Shown here piece by piece: positions 55,932-64,000 of a DNA stretch of 64,000 nucleotides. The translations under genes were made by a program, and so were the position numbers. This DNA comes from Trichodelitschia bisporula. Taxonomy: Eukaryota. The notes beneath the pieces were generated by a model that was not told where the DNA came from, ran no database searches, and saw only the letters and a list, made by a program, of their open reading frames with translations. The stretch lies in the NCBI GenBank assembly GCA_010356995.1, contig ML996688.1:1054001-1118000 (forward strand), given 5' to 3'. Within the stretch, counting starts at the first letter, position 1. Each line of letters begins with the position of its first letter.

Positions 55932-56489
55932 CTATCCCGCAAGCTTTTTACGCCATTCAATGTCTGATATCATGTTCTGCACGCTGCCGTTTGTAACCGT
56001 TGAAGTCGTGAAGATCTCGGTGCTATGTCGATTGCGAAATCCAGTGCATGTCCATGATAAAGGCTGATCCACGTAACTAGATATCTGCCCTGCTGTAGCG
56101 GCCTCCTTCAGATACCCTGCACTTCGCTATATCCATAGTCTCGTTCTCATAGCCTCCCTACGGAGGTATTGCCTTCCCCTCCAATCTCACATGGTCCAAC
56201 CTGCAAACCCGCGAAAATCTCCAAACAGCGTCACACCCGCAGCAGCGCCACCACACCAGCGAACTCCTCACGCCCGGCAGCACAAAGAGTAAGGAACAAG
56301 CCTGCAAGCGCGCCTATCAGGAAATCATCATCATGCAGCAGCGCGCAGCAGCGCAGCAGAAACTCCATCCCCAACCCCCAGTCGAACCAACGCCTTCAAG
56401 AAACAGAGCGCGCGCTCCGCTTTCCCAGCCCCACCCGATATCACAGCGCGCGGGCCGCCGCTAGCCTCATTACGCCACACCCCAACGCC

Positions 56490-57480
56490 CAACAACGGCC
56501 GACCCCGGCTGCATATCACATAGCGGACCGAGACAAAGCGGGCATGAGCGAAGCTGAAGGCAAACAGACACACCCGTCGCCACGCGTGAGATATCGGGTG
56601 CATGCCGATATCCTACGAGGCGATAGCTAACAGATTACGAGGCGAGAACTAACTTTGGATGCTTCGTACGTAAGAACCGGGAGCAAAGGAGGTAAAAGCT
56701 ATCCCTTCCGTAAAATCCCATATGGCGGCGAGAAACTGCCTCCTCTCCGCACGAGCATTGATGTCGTTCCCGGCCCACTCGTCGCGGGGCAACCACAACA
56801 CTCACGCGTCGCACGTGGGCGGCCGCTCACGCAGGAGTGTGCAAACGCCGAGTCGCGGCGGGCAGACATCGCAACGTCGAACAAGCCAGGGTTCAAGACA
56901 CCTGGACCCTGCGGGCATTGGATCTGCACGCGGGCATTATCGGTGGCGATCATAGCACTTACATACGCGTACAACGCCCTCAATTGAATGCGGCGCAATT
57001 GATTGAGACGCCTGTGAAGAGGAGTGTTCACATTTTTATATCCCGGATCCCCCCCACGGACTTGGCGGTCTTGACGCTGACCGCTTTTCGAGGGGAGGAT
57101 GTGTGGCTGCATCGTGAGTTTGGAGGCTTTTGGTCATGAGATGCAGCGTTGAGGTTCAAGACGCAGGTTCAGATATGGAATATTGGCACCATTGACATTG
57201 AAAATCAAGTTTGACATGTGGCGCTTGCACCGCATCTGCATAGAAGCTTTCCCAACAGCATACCAGGATGCCTGTACCGGAGTGTCGTTCGCAACAGTGG
57301 CGTTCAACTCGCCAGCCTCGCCACCAGTGTTAGGGTTACGTCGGGACTTCACGGACGCAAATTTACATCGGATCGACGACAACCGCCATGCATTCACCAC
57401 AACACCCCGCCTCCTGACTGAGCCTAGCTATACCCACATACCAGATACCAGATATATGCCCACAAGCCGGCCGTCCCTCA
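56490..57480 (-). ncRNA. Candidate telomerase RNA core (ends uncertain)
   Basis: Template UAACCCUAAC (57338-57329) directly after a boundary hairpin; pseudoknot at 56776-56650; four nested long-range helices linking 57475-57405 to 56647-56494; no credible ORF. Confidence 0.65.
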
Positions 57481-57695
57481 TTGCGCCCCGCAAACTCCCA
57501 TCCCAGCCCCCATCGTCCCTCGTTGCTCGATTCCCTTCCCCAGAGCAGAGATGCCATATCGCCCATCCCGCACGCCGCACCTCAGCTCCATGCCCAACCC
57601 AGTCCATGCCTCATGAACGCACCTCACAACCCACCCACCCCAAACGCCTAAACAAACAAAACGCGCGCGTATGTACACGCCCCACGACCCAGCCC

Positions 57696-60600
57696 CTACT
57701 CATCGCGATAAAACTTGCGCATAAGCAAATGCACCAACAAATTAACATTCAACCTCAACGGCCCCTCCAACCTCCCCTTCCCATCCGGCCCATCCTCCCC
57801 AAACAAATTCATAAACTGGCAGTTATTGAACTGAGCCTGCAGGAGATCGTCCAGCGGGACCGATGCCGCAGCCCCAGGGATCATGAGGCTGCCCATGCTG
57901 CCCTCGATGTAGAACACGCCCACCTCGTCGCTGCTGATCGTGATGTTGATCTTATCCCACTGCCTCTCGCTGTACCCGCGCCACGCGACCAGCACGCCTT
58001 TCTCCGCGAGATTGCGCGCTGAGTACTTGAAGCTACCGAAACGGGGCACGCGGCCTGCCTTCGCGAGCTCGCGCTCATGGTTGTATTGCTTGGTGAAGGG
58101 GAGGAGGAAGCGCTTTTTGCCCTTGCTCTTCTGCTGCAGCGTCACCATCGCTTGCTCGATGTAGTCATTGTAGCTCTTGAGCTGGCTGTCGAGCCATGTG
58201 GCTTTCTCTTGCAGCGCGGCCAGAGTGGCGCGGACGTTATCCATTTCACGGCTTCGTTGCACGCGGCGCCGGTGCTTGGTGCGGATGTCGATGGCGATGG
58301 CGTTGAGGATATCCTGGTAGAAGTTGGACCGCGTGATGCGGCCCGTTTTCTCGAGATCGAGGATGTTTTCCAGCGCCATGCGCTTGAGCTGCGCGTAGGT
58401 TATTGTTGTGATGTCGAGGAGGGAGGATTCGGCTTGGTAGGGGTTTGCGCGCTTCTGCGGGTTTGAGTGCTGGTCTTGCAGTTCGTCGTGCACGAGCTGG
58501 GCCCATTTGTCTTCATCTTCGTCGGTGATGGGCCGCACAAGGATGTCGAGCAGGTTGCTGCCGGTTTGGATACGGATGATGTACAACACGCAGCGCTTGG
58601 TTTCCATGAACAAAGCCTTGATTTCGGCATCGGCGTCTGGAACAATTAGTACTGAACGGAGGATAAGAAACATATGTAATACCTTCGACATCGTGGAACT
58701 TGGGGTTCAGGGTGAGTGTGATTTCGCTGGAGCTGACGTGCAACATGTCGTTTTCGTTATTCTTCGCGCTGCCCAGTTCCCGAATGACTTCGCGGAGCGG
58801 ATCATCGGGGCTTGGGCAGATGGTCGGAATCTCCTGGCTCACCATCTGGTGAATGTCGAAAACGTCATTGAGCTTCATGTACAGCGTAGGCTTCGTCCGC
58901 GCGTACAGGTCGTTGAATTCGTCGATGTCGAACTGCGCCTCGGCGTCGCGGACATTGATGAGATTTGTCCAGATCTCCTCTATCCGCCCGAGGGCTTCAG
59001 AGATGTAGGGATTGATAGGCTGCAAGTAGACGTCCTGGCCTCCAAACAGCCTGCCAGCCGCAATCTGACCAACGACCTTGGCCACTTCACCCAAATTCCT
59101 CTTCTGCATCGGAGAAAGCCCGCGCTCAATGACGCCCCAGGTGTCAGGCGCAAGCAGAGGCGGCAGAATGTAGGTCTTCCAAAGCCACTGTCCCACAATC
59201 GTAAGGATATGCTGAGGCGCCTCATGAGGAAACTTAGCGCATAGAGTTTCAAATGTCTGCTGCGCCACAAAGCGAATGCCATACGGCATGCGGTTGAGCA
59301 TCTCCTCGAGACAGAGGAAGAAGTGATCGGCGATATCGCGAAGATCGCGCAGGTGCTGCACGAACGTCTCGCGGGTTTCGGGATCCCGGATGGCTTCTTC
59401 GCGCGGAATGTCGGCTCTTCGCCTGCTGCGCTGGCCGGTGCGGAGTTCCTCGTTGTTGATCGCGGAGCGGTAGATTTGCATCGGGTCGCTTTCCAGGTCC
59501 AGGCCCTCGTTTCCGATGATATCTTCCTTGACAATGGGGCCAAGGAGGTCGCGGAGGTACTTGCGGTCGCGAGGGGACCGGATGTAGCTGCTGAGAAGCT
59601 TGTTCCAGAAGAAGTTCCCCCGAAGGTAGTCCTGAAGCGAGTCGCAGCTCTCGACCTCTTCTTTGATCGAGCGCGCGATCAGCTTCAATAGATAATATTC
59701 TTCTCTTCTCTTTTGGGCGAATCCGAAAATGCCCATCATCAGTAGCTCCACCCGCTTGCTCTCCTGCTCGGCCATACCCTGCTCGCGGAGCTTCTTGAAC
59801 AAACGTGCGAGGTACTGAGACTGCGTTTGGAGCATGAAGAACAGCTCCTGATAGTGCTCAAGCTTCTTGCGGGAGTTCTTGTTCAAAGCCTTCAAATCGA
59901 AGGGATCCTTTGACGAGATGTCCTTGTTGGTAAGCAGGTTGCCTACATGGCCGCCAAAGTGCTTCTGGTGCTTGAGCACTTCGTCGAGGGTGATCTTGTT
60001 CTTGACGAGAAGAGCAATCTTGACATCAAGCTGGTCAACATATTGCTCAGCGAGCTCGTTTTGCCGAACTTGATGGACCACAGTCTTGCGCAGGCGCTCA
60101 AATTCTGACAGATTAGCCCCGAATGATAACAGAAAGAAAGTGACGTACCGATCTCCTCATCAAAGTCGAAATCGCTATCGTTGAGCAGGTGCACAAAATT
60201 TTTGACAGTCCCCACAGGAGGATTCTTGCCACTCGTCAAAGTCTTGTACGCCTCGCCTTGCTGCCTACCGCGCACGAAGCTCTGGATCTTGATGACCTTC
60301 TTCATGTTTTCCTTGTAGAAGTTCATCTTCTCCACAAACTGCGTCCGTACGATCTTGCCGCGAGCAAGAGTTTGAAGCTCGCTTATCAGCTCTTCGTGGT
60401 CCTCAAGAACCATGAGATCCTTGCCGATGTCGCGGCGGGTAATGAATGCGCGGGCCAGGCTCTGGAGCTGCTCGATTGCCTCCTCTTCCTCGCTAATGGC
60501 ACTTAGAACGTCAAACACGCGCTCTCTCTCCCGGAAGCCACGGGCAATGGACTGGAGTTCGAGAATAGCGGGGGTGTGCGACTTCAAGGTTTTGACATCG

Positions 60601-62909
60601 GCAAGGTACTTCTGTCGGAATAGGTGACCGCGAGCAATGCTCTGCAGCAAGAGAAGCTGGTCCTCGTGGCGCTCTAAAGCCAGGAAAAGAGTCCCAATAC
60701 GGCGGCGCTCCTGGAAGCCGCGCGCAGTTGATTGTAAGTCAATGATGGAGGCTGTATGAGATGTAAGTGCTTCGCGCAGCTCCAGGAGATGTTTCCGGGC
60801 AAGTTGTCCACGAACCGCAGATTGTAGGCGCTCCCACTGGGGAGCCTGAGATTGCAGATGGCTTTGGACCGTGGCCGTCTCCTTTCGGGCAAGCAGGGCA
60901 CGAGCAGCAGCTTGAAGCTGGGTAACCATCGACTCATGCTGGCGCACGGTCACCTGGTCGGCACGTTGCACTCTCCGTTGAAGCACACCGCGGGCCAGCG
61001 CCTGGAGCTTTTCGACATGGCCTGTGGCATACTCCATCCGCTCGTGTTGTTCGCCAGCGCGTCTCCGTACCAGGGCTCCACGGATGGCCGCCTGAAGGTC
61101 CTGGATCTCGGCTTCTGCCTCCATGGCTTCCCCGACATCATCACTGACATCCCGCCGCGCCAGCGCTCCCCTGATAGCCGCCTGGATTTGACGGATGCCG
61201 TTCTCGTGACGCTGGACCTTCTTCCGGATAGTACTCGTCTGGACCCTGGCCTTCTGGGCGCGCGCAAGGCTCTGGAGCATGACCACCTGCTTCTCGCTAG
61301 CCTTCCAGAAATCCTCCTCCAGCCTCATATTGTCGCGAACCAAAAAGCCGCGAATCGAGCTCTGCAGATTGACAGCAAACTTGCGCATATCAAGACGATA
61401 CTGGGATATTTCCCGCGCCATATCGCCGCGAATTTTGGCCTGAAGTTCCGCGATCATTGGTTCGGCGTCCCACAGCTCCTGCATCACACCGCCCAGCCGT
61501 AGCCGCGCCACAGCCCCGCGGATTTGAGACTGAAAATCGAGGATGGCCTCTTCGTGCTCCGAAAGCTCACGGCGTATTCGCTCCTCCTCGGTCTCTACGG
61601 GTTCGGGTTCAGGTTCGGGCTCAGCCCCGAAATTGGCACCCATTCCAGAGAAGTTTGGCATGCTGATACCCGCCTTATCCAGACCCTTTTGTGTAGCTTC
61701 GAGTTCGTGGTTTTCGAATTGCAGGTGACCGACGAGATTTCCTATTCTGAAGTCGACAATGCCTTTGCGGAAGAGGAGCCATGATAAGGCGTGGATGCAG
61801 TAGATGACCTTAGGGATATTCTTCTTTTCGTAGAGGTCCACAAGCTCGAACCAGAAAAGATCAGGGAGTTCCACCTCTCTGAGATACCGGAAGAAAATGG
61901 CAATGTTATCCGAATGTCGAAACTGGAGCTTTTGGTTGTGAAAGATACGGAATTTTTGGTTTGGTTTGAGGGCTTGGACGACCTCGGCTAGGGTGACGCC
62001 GTCCCTCAATGCCTCTTCGAGTCGCACAATGGGCGGAATCTGCTTTTGAATAACGTCTTCTATCCACTCTTTGGCTTCACCGATATGACACAGATACTCG
62101 TATGCCTGCAGAAATTGGCGTTGCTGGTCCATCCAGTTCCGTCCGGCCCAACCCGTGGCAGTCTTCTGGATGCGCACTGAATCTCCGCGCCGGAGCCGGT
62201 GCCGGCCGTGCATGCCGACGACTTCCTCAGTCGAGGGCGTGATTGTAAGGCTGGCATTGTCGAACTTTGACAAGGTGCGCAGATGGTCCGTGGATGACTT
62301 CTGAAGCTCCTTCAAGTCTGGCTTCTCGATATGGGGCGAAAAGTGGACATGATTTGACGTTGACTTGCCGCGCTCGTGCTTTGAATCGCGCACCGAGCCC
62401 GACCGTCCCAGCGCATCGGAGCGAGCCACAACTATAGACTGCGGGCGCAGTTTAGGTGGAGGCGAGACGGCGCCATCGCCGGGTGATGATCTGTAGTCCT
62501 CGACGCTGTGACTGCGCGAGTGCAGCGACGGTGCCTTGGTCTTCAAAGTCGGCGTCGAGAGCGGTGTGCTCGTCTGCGACCTAGAGAGCGGTTTCAACGA
62601 CTGTCTAATGGACTGGTACGTTGCCGCAGGGCTGTTTCCCGTAGGACTGTATCCCGCGCTCGGACTTGGGCTGCGCATGCCATCGGCGGGTATGCGACTG
62701 CTGGATGGCGTGGCGACCTCGCTCGCTCCGCGGCGACGGTTCAAGGCATTCTCCTTGGCTGCGGCTGCGGCGGATGCATTTGATGAGATGGTGCTTGATC
62801 GACTAGGAGCTTCGGATGAGTTGGAGGATGCGGTGGAGGCATGGCGGAGTGGACTTGGTGCGTTTGTCGGGTGTCCGACGGCGGAACGGGGACGGGACGT
62901 CAAATTCAT
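57696..62909 (-). CDS. IQG1: IQGAP (CH domain, IQ repeats, RasGAP-related and RGCT domains); introns 60105-60148, 58637-58682
   Basis: AYEYLCHIGEAKEWIE, LRDGVTLA, DLYEKKNIPKVIYCIHALS; many IQxxxRG motifs; LESDPMQIY, FGSFKYSA. Confidence 0.95.
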
Positions 62910-63302
62910 GCCGACTGCGAGAAAGAGAGCGACACTGTCAGAGCAAGCGGGTCAAATCCATGTGTCGTACCGAAGATGGCCGCCGTTTGGGTCGCAGTGC
63001 TGGCAATGTTTGATGGTGTTGGTGGTGAGGGTGTGGGGTTATCGTGGACCAGGACTGTCAACCTGGTTGTGGAGGCAACGGCAGGTGACGGTTGGCGGAA
63101 AACAAGCGATGCCCTGTCTCCAAGTTCGTTGAAACAGAGAATTTATCCCCAGACAATGCGCCGTATTTCGGTCCCGCAAAGGAAAACGCAAAACGCTGAA
63201 GTTCAGAAGAAAGCGGAGCGAAGAGAATGTGCGACTGCGGGAAGTGTAATGGTTGGAGCAGGGTGGTGGGGAGCTGGAGGGTTGAGCTTCTTTTGGTGTT
63301 TA

Positions 63303-63309
63303 TGTTTAC
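63303..63309. promoter_or_regulatory. Forkhead-type site (TGTTTAC) about 400 nt upstream of IQGAP
   Basis: Exact GTAAACA match; IQG1 belongs to the Fkh/Mcm1 mitotic cluster in budding yeast; a single short motif may be chance. Confidence 0.3.
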
Positions 63310-63823
63310 CTTTCCGCCTTTCTTCCTCACAAAACCTCTGGTGGACAAGGGCAGAGACTGGGCTACACCGAGCGCACGGACCAATCGTAGGCCAAGTTTG
63401 CGACCCGCCTTTGTGCGCACAGCAACAGAGCCAACAACATGTCAACAGTTGCATCACCAATCCCATCCCATCCTCCTACATCTTCGTCTAAACTCTTGCA
63501 GTAGTGCGCACAATGGCCTCTACATTAACACCCACAGACGTGTGTCTAATCAGATGTCCCTCTTCTTTCTTCGCTCCCAACAATTGGAGTAATCAGTTTA
63601 GAACGGCCGCTCGATCTGGAGGAAGTGAGGCGTCAAGTCTCTCCCTGGGTTGAAGCCACTTCGGGAACAGGAAGCGCACGGCCATGATGCACTGCAGGGA
63701 CAGCGTTGCAAGAAACTCCCGAATCAGAGTAAATTAAGTACTGCGATCAGCTACCCCATACAAATGACCCCAAACACACCAACGCGTCTATCCTACTTCG
63801 CACATACTTGTACACGCTCTTCC

Positions 63824-64000
63824 CTACAGCTTAGCCTGCACCGGCCCCACCTGACTCTTCGCCTCTTCAATCAACCCCAGCGTAATGGCGGCGACGGGAT
63901 CCCGCTCCTGTCCGACCTGGTATGCAATCGGGCTGCTGGCCTGCCGCGAGGCGTAGCGCGCTGCAATGCCCTGGAAGATGATGACGTTTCGGTACATGGC
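63824..64000 (-). CDS. 3' end of APH/ACAD10-11-like phosphotransferase-fold protein ending in PTS1 (-AKL)
   Basis: AMYRNVIIFQGIAARYASRQASS...GPVQAKL*; the QGIAAR..RQASS motif is typical of this family. Confidence 0.75.
   Translation of the reverse strand, partial: AMYRNVIIFQGIAARYASRQASSPIAYQVGQERDPVAAITLGLIEEAKSQVGPVQAKL

Noticed and set aside
56955..57040. TATAAAA plus GTATGT/GTAAGT suggesting a snoRNA host gene on the minus strand
   Set aside because: No C/D or H/ACA boxes and no nearby branch point or acceptor; it lies inside the helix-enclosed TER candidate
56169..58022. Plus-strand ORFs 56169-56630 and 57183-58022
   Set aside because: Low-complexity translations of the complement of GU-rich minus-strand RNA, with non-ATG starts

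Overview
Eukaryotic, intron-rich, gene-dense DNA from a filamentous ascomycete (Pezizomycotina-type GT-AG introns, mostly 41-70 nt, with CTRAC-like branch points). It holds about 17 protein-coding genes, two cut by the window ends: glycyl-tRNA synthetase 3' end, a small membrane protein, a PH/LRR protein, Pet127, a Rup1-like UBA protein, the YCF1-type ABCC transporter, a DUF2841/YDR124W-like protein, SAC3, Swi5/Sae3, a YTP1-like membrane protein, a GH64 glucanase, a LicD/Mnn4-like transferase, U2AF small subunit, tricalbin, a DUF7514-like protein, UGP1, IQGAP and the 3' end of an APH/ACAD10-like protein. There is also an intron-containing tRNA-Thr(AGT). The main discovery is an unannotated candidate telomerase RNA on the minus strand between IQGAP and UGP1 (core ~57480 to ~56490). 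It shows, in the expected order, a template-boundary hairpin, a TTAGGG template (UAACCCUAAC), a vertebrate-like pseudoknot, and four nested long-range helices enclosing the core. It starts only ~220 nt after the IQGAP stop codon on the same strand. All gene calls come from my recognition of motifs and all RNA structures from manual pairing; no searches or folding programs were run.
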